Counted from the first letter of the whole stretch, positions 13,627 to 27,539 are shown. The stretch: 63,660 nucleotides of DNA, filler included, from Stramenopiles sp. TOSAG23-6 (GCA_900128565.1; 42 parts of 42 records of this genome joined end to end with filler, not necessarily neighbours in it); one strand, 5' to 3'. Numbers and translations: made by a program. Notes: generated from the sequence alone by a model not told the origin.

Positions 13627-13808
13627 GTATGTTTTATTTTTTTTTCAAATTTGATTTTTTTTTTATAAAAATTTTGTACCTAACGATTTTTTTTTGAAAT
13701 ATTTTTCCNNNNNNNNNNNNNNNNNNNNNNNNNNNNNNNNNNNNNNNNNNNNTTAATTAATTAANNNNNNNNNNNNNNNNNNNNNNNNNNNNNNNNNNNN
13801 NNNNNNNN

Positions 13809-15108
13809 AGCAGCATTTGAACGATACATTGCACCATTTTCAGCAGCATTTGAACGATACATTACACCATTTTCAGTAGAAAATTGTAAGTGGTTTTGTT
13901 TCCTCATTGATGATATTTCCCCTCGAAATGACGATTCAGATGATGATCCAAGAAATGGCAATGATTTGCTACACTTTGGAGCATTCATGATTTCATCGAA
14001 TGCCTCTCTGAATGATCCTCTTCGATTTGAAGTAGATCGTCGCTTGGTCAAACTTGACATATACTATAAAAAATATAAAAATTAAAAATTGTTTAGGTAC
14101 AANATTTCNTATNAAAAAAAATCCGAAACATTCATGTGTAAAATGTATCGAAATAAAAACTAAAGAAAGCTGTTAGGTACAACATTTCGTATGAAAAAAA
14201 AATCCGAAACATTCATGAGTAAAATGTACATAATGCTTGTTGGCGAAGTATCAAACCGTTTAAACTTGTAATTCGGTATTCTTGCTCTCTGTTCCATCTC
14301 CTTTACAGCCATATCAAAATCAGAAAGACCGCCAGGATTAGGTGGAGGGAATTCATAAGAACATCTTTCACGATGTATTGTAAAAAAAATTGAAATTTTT
14401 GAAAAAATGTTAGCTTAGCTAAAGATGAAATACAAAATAATTATTAGGTACAAAATTTCGTATGAAAACAAATATAAAGTACACTTGGATGAGCCCGTTG
14501 GACACTCTCTACAGTTGCACCTTCGGCAAAAATTGCATCTAATTTTGCTTCAGTTTCTTTTTTCGTCAAACCACCAAAGAATCTCGAACCAAAATTCAAG
14601 TGTAAAGGAAATCTCTCAGCGGGTAGACTATTACATGTATTGTGAAAAATATTTTTTTTTGTAAAATTTGTTAGGTACGGAATTTCGTACGAAAAAAAAA
14701 TTTAGACAAAAAATTGAAAAAAATAAAAGATACATGGAAAACCATTATCCAACAATGATAGTACTTCTCTAGGTTTAGGCTTCTCATTCTTTTCGTGATA
14801 TTTGACAAACGATTCAAATGCATAGTGAAAAAATATTTAAAATTTTTTTAATTTTTTTGGTACAAAAATGTTTTGAAAAAAAAAAATTTAAAATGATGAA
14901 AAACATATTCCAAAAAAAAACGTTTTTTTTTTGTTAGGTACAAAATTTCGTATGAAAAAAAAATTAAAATTCCAAAAAAAAAAAGTTTTTGTTTTTTTTT
15001 GTTAGGTACAAAATTTCGTATGAAAAAACATACACGCACTTTCATTAACTTCGACAACATCTTCAGATACAGATATCTTTTTGATTTTCTTGTTATAGTA
15101 TTTACCAC
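13809..15108 (-). CDS. Multi-exon uncharacterised protein with four family introns
   Basis: Exons join into an open frame using GT...AT boundaries. Confidence 0.5.
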
Positions 15109-15618
15109 TTGTTTTAACGAGAACTTGGGACTTTATTTCGAAAATATGAGGATACTTTGAAAGAAAATCTTTTACCATTTTGTAAACAATATTCTACATT
15201 TTAAAATTTTAGCATATATTACAAAATTGTATACNNNNNNNNNNNNNNNNNNNNNNNNNNNNNNNNNNNNNNNNNNNNTTAATTAATTAANNNNNNNNNN
15301 NNNNNNNNNNNNNNNNNNNNNNNNNNNNNNNNNNTTTTTTCATAATTTTGTTTTGTAGGAACTTTTGTACCTAACAAATGTTTTTTTTTTACCAAAAAAA
15401 AAAATATATATATTTTTTACAAAACATTTAATGCACAAAGTAGATGGAACGTTTTAAGTTCTACATATCGTGCAATCAGAATACTTAAAATGGGAGGTCC
15501 GGCTATGGCATTGAAGAGAGCTAAAGATAGTGAAATTAGAAAGAGTAAAAAAACTTAAAAAAGAAAGAACATGAAAGTTTGAAAAAAGTTTATAAATCCC
15601 AAAAGACTTTTTTTTTTC

Positions 15619-16518
15619 TTAGTAATCAAGTTTTTCCAAAAGTTCATTCAATTTTTGTTTGTTAATTCTATTTCTCCAAAGGTGGTCAGAATGCAAAAAC
15701 TGTTGCAACGCAGGCTCCAGCAAGTGTTTCACTTCCTTATCTAGTTTTTTCTTTGTTTCATTTACCAATGGGTAGTCCTTTAATCCACTTCTATCCTCTT
15801 TCTCAATTATGGCTCGCTTCAAATTTTCGACGCGTTGAATCCAAAGTTGGGCGATTTCTTGTTTTGTAAATGTAATAAATTTTGGCATGGATTCAATTCC
15901 ACTGGTGTTGAAGTCAATTACAAGCGCAATCTCAATAGGTCTCTCTATTGGTAGTTTATCAGTAGAAATACCAATAATTGTACCTTGTTTTGTTTCTCTT
16001 GAGTATTCTGATAAATCACGTAAAGAGTGCCTCATGGAGGGGAGCACCAAACTCTGCCATGGTAATACAACGAGACCGGAACTACCCTCAGGGCCTTCAT
16101 TTTCCATGCGAATATTTGGTCCGCTACTGTTATCAAACTTGATTATGAACTTCATAGCCCACATTTCTCTCTCGGACCACATTTCATCGACTTTGAATTT
16201 ATAAAAAACTTCTCGTTTTCTTTCCGCAGTGGTTATCAGGTAATCAACTGGTTCAAAAACGCCTGTTCTGAACCAATAATCCATCATGCCCGTTTCACTT
16301 TCTTTTCTATAAGATTCCATGTCGTAATAATACGTATTTGAGTTCGTTATTCCCAACTTTATGCATCGTGCCAATAACCAAGGACAATCTTTTTCTTGGT
16401 GTGGACTCTTCTTTCGTCTCTTTGCCCGACGAAGCGAAGTTTTAACAACCGTATTGATTGTGTCAGCAGCACTGCAAATTTGGATGGTCAGTAGCATTAT
16501 CAATAAGCATTTCGTCAT
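15619..16518 (-). CDS. Putative secreted protein, 299 aa, intronless
   Basis: Long ORF with a signal-peptide-like N-terminus (MTKCLLIMLLTIQICSA). Confidence 0.6.
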   Translation of the reverse strand: MTKCLLIMLLTIQICSAADTINTVVKTSLRRAKRRKKSPHQEKDCPWLLARCIKLGITNSNTYYYDMESYRKESETGMMDYWFRTGVFEPVDYLITTAERKREVFYKFKVDEMWSEREMWAMKFIIKFDNSSGPNIRMENEGPEGSSGLVVLPWQSLVLPSMRHSLRDLSEYSRETKQGTIIGISTDKLPIERPIEIALVIDFNTSGIESMPKFITFTKQEIAQLWIQRVENLKRAIIEKEDRSGLKDYPLVNETKKKLDKEVKHLLEPALQQFLHSDHLWRNRINKQKLNELLEKLDY

Positions 16519-16857
16519 ATTTTAAGGAGTGAAGCTTGGATGAATAGAAATAATATTACGGTATTTAAGCTTTATTAAATTTCCATGGACTGACTTTTTT
16601 TGGTTGTCAAAATAGACCTTTATTTCCGATTTCGCGCTCAAGTTCAACAGTAGTACGTATATCGTTCAAGATACGCTCCAAGATACGCTCAAAATATCGT
16701 AAGGCGCACACACCTAGCAAGCGCAAGGGCTACGTAATTGTACACTTCATTTTTAAANNNNNNNNNNNNNNNNNNNNNNNNNNNNNNNNNNNNNNNNNNN
16801 NTTAATTAATTAANNNNNNNNNNNNNNNNNNNNNNNNNNNNNNNNNNNNNNNNNNNN

Positions 16858-17759
16858 CTGGGAGGCAAAGCAAAAGAGAAAGAAAAATTTTTAATTCTTG
16901 GATCATTGGAAGAAATACTTGTATGGATACAAGAACCAAAAAGAGACTGTGATGTACGGTTTTCAGACAAATCGTTTCGTTTTGAAAAAGATGAAACATT
17001 TTTTTTCTTACAAAACTCAGTACTACTACCTAGTGATGTCATTGTTGCTTTAGTTTCTTTCATTCCATTTTTACTCTTCTGAGTTTTACAATCTTGAAAC
17101 TTTGAATTATTATCTAGACAATCATTAGATAAACATATTTTGAATGCACTTTGTTTACTAACAACATCTTTTGAAGTAAAATTATCCACTTGAAGTTCAG
17201 ATAAAACTTTACGACTTGAAAAAGTGTTTCCAAAATGAGAGTTGGAAAGACAATGCGTAGGGTTAGGGTTATGAGCTGCAAATGAACTCGTCCAAGGCTT
17301 CAAACTGTCATTTTCAGATGTACAAGACATTGTTCCTCGTATAGCCAATAGTAAACGTAACATAGATTTGAACGTGTTATTTTGGAATGAAAAGCTGGCC
17401 GCTGAAGCACCTCCAGGTTCCACTAATTGACGTAAAAGTTCTTGAAGACGATTCGCTCGTTTACAATCACAATCACAACGAAGTTTGAATATATGTGCCG
17501 ACAGTTTAATCTCTATATCGTCGTTTGGATCCGTGCACTTTTCAAATAACGACTTTGGAGATATCTGAGCTTGCTCTAATTGTCTCTTTTCCGGAGTACC
17601 AAATAGAAGAATCTCATAACCGAGATGTTTCACACCCTTAGAGAACCTTTGACGATAATCACGTACGCCTTTCACGTGATTTTTGGAGAGACTTCTATGG
17701 GGTGATATTAGATTGTAATGCAACTCTTGGAGGAGACGCAATGGTGAATCTGAAGCCAT
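16858..17759 (-). CDS. TUBGCP6: Gamma-tubulin complex component 6, N-terminal part
   Basis: K.LGYEILL...F.LR.....RANRLQEL...SMLRLLLAI.G resembles the GCP6 N-terminal helical domain. Confidence 0.6.
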
Positions 17760-17917
17760 TTTCAAACAGAGAATCTGATTGAAAACCTTTCTCTTGAAAA
17801 AGAAAAAAAAGATGAATGAATGACGGAAATTTAATTCAATTTTTTCATGATACCCGGTAATACAAAAAATTTTAACAAAAAGAAAAAAAAAAAAAATAAA
17901 AAAATTTTGTTTCAAGT

Positions 17918-18280
17918 TTATTCAATTTCCATCTTTAAAAGTCCTATTTGCAATAATTGCTCACTTGTATCATGGATATTTTTTCTTGGATCCATAAAAC
18001 AGTGTAACACATTTTTTCCAGCTGATAATTCTGAATGTCCTGAATTTCTATGATCAACATACTTATCAAAAAGAATTATTTCTTTTTCTCTTTTTGTATT
18101 ATTTTGTGGTATTTTATGAAGATAATCCAAAGTATATAATGAATACATTTGAGTTTGAACAAGAATATTAACAAATACTGAAGAATCTGGATGACTATCA
18201 AACGATTCTTCAATTATATGAAACTCTCTACTAGGGTTAGGGCTTGAAGGAATTGAGTCCTGATGTTTCATACGATATTT
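17918..18280 (-). CDS. C-terminal end of a probable DENN-domain protein (dDENN)
   Basis: F...LVQTQMYS.Y...EIILFD pattern. Confidence 0.4.
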   Translation of the reverse strand, partial: KYRMKHQDSIPSSPNPSREFHIIEESFDSHPDSSVFVNILVQTQMYSLYTLDYLHKIPQNNTKREKEIILFDKYVDHRNSGHSELSAGKNVLHCFMDPRKNIHDTSEQLLQIGLLKMEIE

Positions 18281-19903
18281 NNNNNNNNNNNNNNNNNNNN
18301 NNNNNNNNNNNNNNNNNNNNNNNNTTAATTAATTAANNNNNNNNNNNNNNNNNNNNNNNNNNNNNNNNNNNNNNNNNNNNAGTTGAGAAAGTGAAAAGTT
18401 ATGGCCATTATATTTCAGAGTTCGTGAGCACTGTCTCCAAATTTGTTCGAATGCAAATTGAAAGCAGGAACTTTTCTTGCTCGTTTTTGATCATTTCATT
18501 TCTTCGCTCTATTTTTGATATTTTGTGTCTTTTAAGTCCCGATGTTTGTGGTAAATACCATGATCAATTCAAAAATAAATGTGATGAATTTATGGCCATA
18601 CTGAATACAAAACTAGAGGAAAATCTGCCAAACACGTATATGAATGTTCAAACATGTAAAGACTTATTCGTTCACATCAATTTTGCTGAGAAAGAAATCA
18701 ACATCATTCCGTGTTTCCAAAAAAAAAGCATGGGATACTGCGTTGATGAATGTACTAAATCAGGCGGGAACAGTCGGGTTCAAATGCCCAGTGCTGAATG
18801 AGTTTTGTGCTGGAAAGTGGGGCAAGAACTACCCCCTTTTGGTATCTCGATTCAAAATAGAAGTTCTTAATAGTGGTGTGCCAACATCGGAGAGTCCACC
18901 CAAAAGACTCCGTCGACACACGAGTGCGCCAAGCTAATGTTGTACCTATTTCCATCTGCCGCATTTGTCTATAATCGAAGGATATATGTCTTCTCAAAGA
19001 GAGAGCCGCAAACGCAAAAAGAAACATTCTCTACATTTGCAAAATGAGTTTGGCAAAAAAACAAAATGCCTAATTCTTAGTGTGCTAAAAAGTTTTAATA
19101 AAATAAGAGAATGTCTTCTCTTAGTATGCCTAAAATTTTATAATAAAATAAGAGAATGATCAATGAGAGCCGCGAGCTAATACGCAAACTAATGATGCTA
19201 GATATTTAAGGATTAATATGTAGCATATAATTAAAAACAAAACAATTGCTGTTATTAAGGTATTTAAAATTTGTGCCCAGTAAGTTTTACTTCCTATTTG
19301 ATGTACTGCGATTTATTTCTGCTCTTGTAGTTTTCTTAATCAATTTACTCATTTAGTCTTCTTTATTTCCCTCTTGTATACTCCATGCATGATCAGAAGT
19401 GATATTACGATGTCAAATATCCCATGGTCAACTTCTTTATCCGGTATCTCGCTCATAGATGAGTCAGAACTTGTGTGATTTATCAAGCAGCGGCGTAAAA
19501 GTTTTTAAGGCGCTCGTTTTCTGTCTTGTAAATCAGTCAAGGGGTTGTCATCTGTGGGTTGAGATGTCGGGGGAGGGTCGTTTGTGATATTTTCGATCGG
19601 CGGTGCAATAGCCAAGGTTCGGTGGCGTGCCTTCGTCCTACTTCTCTTGAGTAATTCTTACGTAAGATTTAGCGACTTATCATATTCTTAACATAGTAAA
19701 AAACGATACGTTCTTAGCATAATGGTTTATAAGTTAAACTGATTTAATTAAAACAGTACAATCTCACAAAAAGGTGCTAACTGACTTTAATACCCCCCCC
19801 CCCNNNNNNNNNNNNNNNNNNNNNNNNNNNNNNNNNNNNNNNNNNNNTTAATTAATTAANNNNNNNNNNNNNNNNNNNNNNNNNNNNNNNNNNNNNNNNN
19901 NNN

Positions 19904-20790
19904 CAGGTTTGCTTATATTTGGTGATGATAGTTGTAATATGAATGATGCTGCTGTATCGTTGCCTCCCCAAATTACAAACAAAACATTTCCAAATAAATG
20001 CAATATTAGTCATCCTACTTTTCCTAGAAAAAAAGAAGAAATTTCATTTCCAATAATTTCTAGTGAAAATACATTTCCCAACAGGAATAAGCCAATGGAT
20101 TGTAGTAATACTATAAATAATAAGCCAATGGATTGTAGTAATACTATAAATAATAATGTTATCAAGGATTTTTCACCTCATTTGACAAGTGAAGACATTT
20201 CAGACGCTCGATTTGTTAGATCTATGATTTGGGGATTTTCAAAGAAAATATCTGACTGTAATTCTAACCGCAATGATTATCAACAAACAGAAAACAATAA
20301 AAAAGAGTTTGAAAAGAAGGATATAAAGTGCGCCATTCCATTAGCTATTCTAATAAGACGTTGCGTTTTGACACCACTAAGACTTCAAAAAATCTGTGTA
20401 GAACTTGCTATTTCTTATCACGTCTTATTTGATATCGGATTAATGAAACATTTGAAAAGTTTAAGACGTTTCTTATTTTTTGAGGATGGTGCGTATGGAT
20501 CATTTTTAGTAACGGGTATACATAATTGTATTTTATCAGGTTTGTTCCCTGTACATATGAGTCATGTACGTTTTCATTTCAATTTTTTTGACCAAATATT
20601 TTTTTCATAGTAAATTTTGTACCTAACAAATTTTAGTTTTTTTTTGAAATATTTTTTCATCATACATGTTCTAAGTGAAGCAGGAATTTCATCAGACTTA
20701 TCAAATGATATTCATTGTAAGAATTTTTCATATTTGTATAATCAAACAAAATCAAATGAGTTTCTTGAAGATTCTGGTTTATATGCTTGT
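19904..20790 (+). CDS. TUBGCP6: Gamma-tubulin complex component (GCP6-like), GRIP2 region; intron 20566-20667 (GT-AT)
   Basis: PLAILIRRCVLTPL..Q....L..HL.SLRRFLFFEDG. Confidence 0.75.
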
Positions 20791-21426
20791 NNNNNNNNNN
20801 NNNNNNNNNNNNNNNNNNNNNNNNNNNNNNNNNNNNNNNNNNNNNNNNNNNNNNNNNNNNNNNNNNNNNNNNNNNNNNNNNNNNNNNNNAAAAACGTACT
20901 ACAATTTTAGAACAAGAATCGTCATTAGGGTTAGGGTTTGGATCATCGAGATATGACGATTGTATTCACTCCGTAGTAGGTGATAACGTATCAGATGATT
21001 TTTCATTACCGGGTACTCCCACTTGTCGTACACCACATACAGAAAATAATATTGATACATCATTTTCAAGGGAGAGTCGTACTCAAGAAATTCGAAATTC
21101 ATTAGGTACGAATTTTGGTACAGAATCTCAAAATTCTATTTCAGATTTGCCAAATGACTCTTGTCTCTCTTTTTCGTCAGCACCAATTGATATTATACGT
21201 ATGAATCAACTAGGAAAAAATAGTACGGACGGAGAAATGTCGCCCAAGAGTTCAACTCAACAAGATACTCAATTTGAAAATTCTTTTTTCAAAAACAAAA
21301 AAATGAAGGTTTCCCAGGACCAAAAANNNNNNNNNNNNNNNNNNNNNNNNNNNNNNNNNNNNNNNNNNNNTTAATTAATTAANNNNNNNNNNNNNNNNNN
21401 NNNNNNNNNNNNNNNNNNNNNNNNNN

Positions 21427-22620
21427 TTTTATTTTTTTTTGTTAGGTGCAAATTTTTCATACTAAAAAAATATATTTTACATTTAATTTTAAAAAAACGT
21501 ACGACCTCCACTAGGAGCCATTTGGCCCGCAAGTTCACGCCTCTGTCGTCTTAAAATTCGCTCTTCTCGGAGATTATGTCTTATGAAAAAATATTTTTGA
21601 AAAATCGTTAGGTACAAAATTTCGTATGAAAAAATTAAATACATTTGAAATTCATCATGAAAACGTACATCCGCTGCGAGTTTTTCTTTTTCAACTCGGG
21701 TTCTTTCTTCCTTTTCAGCAATTTGTTTACGCAACTCTTCGGCTTGCATACGTTGATATGCTTTTTTTCGAGCAGGAGGTATGGAAATATTCATACTTCG
21801 GGTATAATCATGATATGGAGATTTCGTAGAATCAATATTAACTGGTGGCTGTTGATTTTCTTGTAGCTGGGCATTATTCATATTCCAAAGAGCAGCAGGT
21901 CTCTCGGTAGAACCTAATGGTTTTTGTTGATTTTTTTCGTATATTTGGTTCGATCTGACATTGAAATCTTTTTGATACTGCATCGGTAAACTACGCTGAG
22001 ATGACCATGATGTGGGTTCCGCCGTCTGTAGAGTCCGGTTTTGATTCATATGGGGAAGTGAATTAGGAGGAGGAATATGAATATTCGGACCTAATTGCTG
22101 TGGGGACATTGAATNNNNNNNNNNNNNNNNNNNNNNNNNNNGAGGGCGAAAAAAATTTGTTGGAGCAGAATTTGGAGCAGAACGAGAAATGGGGGCATTA
22201 AAATGACTAGCGCCACGTTGTTCATAACTTGATTGTTGCTGTAAGACTTGGTTATTTAACCATGTTTCCTGTCTCAACATTTCTTCACGCACGTCATTCG
22301 TAAACTGTGTATCACCTTTTGAAGGTCCCAATTGACCACTGTTACTAAAACTACGATGACCATATTGCTGAATTTTCTGCGTCGGTTTGTGTAATCGAGA
22401 TTGGTGTGATGTTGCATTGATATTATGGGCATCGCGTTCACGTTTTTCTCGCATTTGCTCCTGTAACTCTCGTGCATATATTTTCTGCTGTTGACGTTTT
22501 TCACTAGGCGNNNNNNNNNNNNNNNNNNNNNNNNNNNNNNNNNNNNNNNNNNNNNNNNNNNNNNNNNNNNNGGAAACATCACTGTCTGCTTCTAAATATT
22601 ACTATAATCTATGATGGTAT
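21427..22620 (-). CDS. Coiled-coil centrosomal/ciliary protein (CCDC66/CSPP1-like segment), partial
   Basis: Y....AEELRKQIAEKEER...EK...EER..R.QR.EL after removing one GT-AT intron. Confidence 0.4.
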
Positions 22621-23075
22621 GTCCAATTGTCTTTGAGTAATACTAATTCAAATTGGGTGAAACCAAACACAAAAGGAGGAGAGAAAAAGAGAGCAGAGAA
22701 AGCTTGATTGAGATAATTTCAATTTGCGAATTTTTTTTGATCAATTGAATTTTGATTTTCGAGCCCGGATTTTTTGACATTTAAAATATTTTTGATCCCT
22801 TGAATCTACCAAACGCATCGACATGTACATTAAAAATTTAATTACGAAANNNNNNNNNNNNNNNNNNNNNNNNNNNNNNNNNNNNNNNNNNNNTTAATTA
22901 ATTAANNNNNNNNNNNNNNNNNNNNNNNNNNNNNNNNNNNNNNNNNNNNTTTATTTTTATTTTTTAAACAAGAATTTTTTTTTTTTTTTTTTTTTTTTTG
23001 GTTTTCGTACGACATTTTGTACCTAAGCTAACAAAAATGTTGTACAATGTTTTGAAATATTTCTTCACAATGTAT

Positions 23076-24370
23076 ATTTAGCTGAATTTTCAGATGATGC
23101 AAAGGCAGTTGGTGTTGGGACAATTGGAGATCTTCCTGGTACAGAGGATAACCCTAACCCTAGTTTAACAAACTCTAACCCTAATCTAACAAACCCTAAC
23201 CCTAGAAACCCTAATCAAACAAAAAGTGTGGATAAAATGAATTCATTACCATCATCATCAATAGATACAAAAAAAAACCAAAAAAATCAAAAAAATCAAC
23301 TACATACAAATAATAATGCCACGTGTCAATGGCAAGGTGTCAATTATACATTTGATGGTCGATTTTCTGAATCATTAGCAGGAGGTCATGGTGATACGAT
23401 TGGTTGTTGTTGTTATTGTGGGAAAAAATATGGAATTCTATCGGAAAGTATAGTTTGTCGAGTTTGTCATGATCAAATTCTAATTTGTAAAGATTGTCAA
23501 AAACAATGTCACGAAAAAAATAATACAAAAATACAAATTCGAAATTCATCGTCAAATTCGTTGTCCACTGGCGATTGTGTTACACATGTGAATATGGTAC
23601 ATATGAAAAATACAAAACAAAAAAATCAAAAAAATCAAAAAAATCAAAAAAATCAAAAAAATCAAAAAAAACGAAAGTTAAATGACATTAGTAATCAAAT
23701 GCAATCAATACAAAAAACAATCGATACTCACCCTAACCCTAATCATACAATNTTTGATACAGCGAATGATGAAACGCTAACAGATGTAGAAAAATATACA
23801 AATGAAAATAAATTACGTATTCAAAAAAGAATAGAAATAGAAACATCATCTCCATTTTTATGTGCTGAACATGGATTGCTCAGTGACACGTGGCGTGATT
23901 ACATGTACGTTTTCATCATGAATTTATTAATTTATTTATTTTTTCGTACGAAATTTCGTACCTAACGATTTTTTTTTTTATAAAATTCGTGTTTTTTTTC
24001 ACAATACATGCAACAATTAACAACCAATGGGTTAACCCGTACAAAACTAAACACTTTACGAAATGAACTGTTATGTCAAATGAAAGCAAGTATTTTCCGA
24101 AAGAGGAGAAAATCACGTCCAGGACGACAAGGAAGGAAGAGGAAACGATCTCTGCAGATACAAATAAATCGAATTAGTGAATTTTTAGGTCTCAATTCAT
24201 TTGATTTTGAACATTTCTTGAAGAATCAAGGGAATGAAAAAACAACAAAACAAAAAAGAGAGGAGTTGTTACTACAATGTGAAAAACAATTTTCAAAAAT
24301 GATAACTTCAAATGGAGATGAAGAGAAAGAATGGAGTGGATTTTTTCCGTTGTTAAATTTGTTTTCATAA
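23076..24370 (+). CDS. Rhodanese-domain protein (TSTD2/TrhO-like), C-terminal part; intron 23905-24009 (GT-AT)
   Basis: YL.EF...WQGVNYTFDGRF...IG.C.YCG...C.VC...ILIC..C. Confidence 0.65.
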
Positions 24371-24470
24371 NNNNNNNNNNNNNNNNNNNNNNNNNNNNNN
24401 NNNNNNNNNNNNNNTTAATTAATTAANNNNNNNNNNNNNNNNNNNNNNNNNNNNNNNNNNNNNNNNNNNN

Positions 24471-25142
24471 AGAAGAGGAGACAAGACTATCTGCTGTAGT
24501 GGAACCATTTGATGATACTGTTGATGAGAATGTAGCACCTGTCGTATCAAGTAGTAGTAGTAGTGGGAAAAAACAAAAATCAAGTTCATCATCATCATCT
24601 AATAGTGTAGTGAAACGTCAAAAAATAGAAAATAAAGGTGTACAGAATTTATTTGAACTTGGTTATTCAAAATACTGGGGCATAGATTTTCAGACAAAAG
24701 ATATAGAGTTTATGGTTGGAATGGTTATAAAATGGATCTTGAAAAAGCATTTAAAATGTATATGGATAATAGTGATTATAGTTATGCTCAATGTTATATT
24801 GGTCATTGTTATTATGATGGTTGTGGTATTGATGAAGACTATGAAGAAGCTTTCAAGTGGTATACTAAATCTGCAAATGCTGGTAATAGTGAAGGACAAT
24901 GTGAAGTTGGTTATTCTTATTTTAATGGTGAAGGTGTTGCTGAAGACTACAAAGAAGCTTTTAAGTGGTATACTAAATCAGCTAATGCAGGTCATTGTAA
25001 AGGACAATTCTATCTTGGTACTTGCTATTTAAATGGTGAAGGTGTTGCTATAGACAAAAATGAAGCTAAAAAGTGGTATACTAAATCAGCTAATGCTGGT
25101 TATATTGACGCAAAAGAAATGCTTGATAATAATGAATTTTAA
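24471..25142 (+). CDS. Sel1-repeat protein with a frame break near 24705-24715
   Basis: AQ..G.CY..G.G...DY.EAFKWY.KSA.AG repeats. Confidence 0.8.
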
Positions 25143-25601
25143 ATGTATTTGTTGTATCTATTAATAGAAATTCTTTTTATTTGTATATTTAGTTATAAAA
25201 AAGAATAAATTATGCATTATGAAGTCCTTTTTTAGCTAATTCAATAGCAGCTGTAACCATCTCATGACATAAATCTTTAATAAGCCTATTGATATTTTCT
25301 TTCTTACTTGTATTAACAAACTCAAATTGCTGTTATGTAAGATCAATACCATCAGCATCAATATTATCATGTATAAGAAGTTCATCTATAAAACTATCAT
25401 CATTTACCATGATTGTAATAGAAAAAGAAGAAATTTATCAATTAGGCTAGTACTAGGGTTAGGGTTTGTCAGAAAATCGCGAAAAAAAAGTTTTTTTTGA
25501 GTTTTTTTTTGACTCGTCGAATTCTTTACAGAAGTTCTTCGATATTATATTACGTATATGTAATAAATCCATTGTGTCTTTCTGAAAATAATATAGAGAT
25601 A

Positions 25602-25889
25602 ATGCCACAGGATGATGTACCAAATAATTTATGCTGTCCCATTACCCAAGACTTATTTAAAGATCCTGTGATGGCTGCGGATGGTCACACGTATGAAAGA
25701 GCTGCAATTTTGCAACACTTTGCTACAAAAAATACGTCGCCTTTAACAAATGAAGTGTTGGATAATTTAAACCTTGTGACAAATTTTCGTTGTAAATCTC
25801 AATGCTTGGAATGGAAACAACAACAAGATAACAAGACGAATGATCTTGATGCATTGTTGTGGAAATGCTTCCAAGCGAAGAATTCCGCA
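25602..25889 (+). CDS. U-box domain protein, N-terminal part
   Basis: CPITQDLFKDPVMAADGHTYERAAI..HF....TSPLTNE.L....L..N. Confidence 0.9.
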
Positions 25890-26059
25890 NNNNNNNNNNN
25901 NNNNNNNNNNNNNNNNNNNNNNNNNNNNNNNNNTTAATTAATTAANNNNNNNNNNNNNNNNNNNNNNNNNNNNNNNNNNNNNNNNNNNNAAAATTTTTTT
26001 CAAAAAAAAAAAAAAAAAAAAAAAAAATTTAAAAAAAAAAAAAAAAAAATAAAACATAC

Positions 26060-27355
26060 ATGTAATGTGCTTACTCCTAAATTTTGAAAAGGAATTATCA
26101 AATTTAAGAATTACAGTACCAGCCTCGGGGCACACAAACGCACCATATTGTTCATCTAGATGACACTGAACTCGCTCTGAGGGCATAAAGTGTACAACGT
26201 GTGAAGGCTGCGAAGTGACAATATTGTTGACTGAATTAGGTGAGTTATCTGAGATTGTATTCATTTGCTTTGGAGGTGTCATTGTAGTTGGACTGACTTT
26301 TTCTCTTTGAATCTCCTTATGGTTTTTGTAAGAGTTTTGAAGTTCTTGCCAATTTGTATTTGACTGAAACGTAGCACTGAAATTAATGTCATTTTTTGCT
26401 GAGAAAAAATTCCATGTAACTAGCTGACCAGGACAAAATATTGGAATTCTCACTTCATGACAACTACCACGGCTAACCCATAAAGTTTCGCCGCCTTTTT
26501 TTATACACTGATTTTGGGTTTCAGAACTTTCATTATCATCTATAATGTTATTACTTTCTATATCGCTTGTACAAGATTTAAAAGAACGAAAACTTGAAAT
26601 TCTATCAGTATCTTTTAAATCAATTGGTTCCATTCCATCTGCTATATTTACATTTATCGCGACTTCATCGTTATTATCGATTTGGTGTTGGGAATGCTTA
26701 GGGTTAGGGTTAGTCAGTTGAGTATCATCATTTTCTTTTTCTTCTTTTTGATCATTAGGGTTAGGGTTATCTTCTCTTTGCTTAATTTTCCAGCGTCTCC
26801 ACAAAAGTTCACTTTTAATACTATTAATTTGAACACTATTTGTAGTTTCGGATTTCCTGTTTCCACTTTTTTTGTCTTGATCTTTTTGAGAAGTCAAAGA
26901 TAATTTCCTGATTACAGATTCATCATGTATTTTGGAAAAATATTTCAAAAAAAATCTTAAAAAATTTGTTAGGTACAAATCCGAAAAACGAAATCCTTCT
27001 AATTTGCCTAATCCAATAGATGTTGTAACCGATGGCATGAGACTTTTCGGATATGAACCAAATAAAAGATCACAAGTATAAGTAACATTTTTACTACATT
27101 TTAACTCGCTTATATTTTTCCATTCCAAAATGACGTCACCAGCACAAGGGCTTATGAAAGCTCCATGCTGTTCATCACGATGAGAGTTAACTTTTTGGAG
27201 ATTTCGGATTATTTTTGTCTCATTGTTCTGAGCTTTACTGCGGAATTGTGCGCCAAAATGAATAAATGTTTTTGTAGAAACAAAGTGCCATATAATCAAC
27301 TGACCAGGATAATTGACTGAAATTTTGGTATATTTTGAAGAGTTGGAAGCAATCC
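26060..27355 (-). CDS. Protein with two GOLD-like domains, partial
   Basis: GQL..W.F......I.F...F...G.F..P.AG.V.L...N occurs twice; the second copy ends FDNSFSKFRSK. Confidence 0.7.
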
Positions 27356-27539
27356 ATGTATTTTGGAAAAATATTTCAAAAAAAAATCGTTAGGTACAAA
27401 ATTTCGTNNNNNNNNNNNNNNNNNNNNNNNNNNNNNNNNNNNNNNNNNNNNTTAATTAATTAANNNNNNNNNNNNNNNNNNNNNNNNNNNNNNNNNNNNN
27501 NNNNNNNAAATATAATAAAATCCATGATTGATGAAAACA

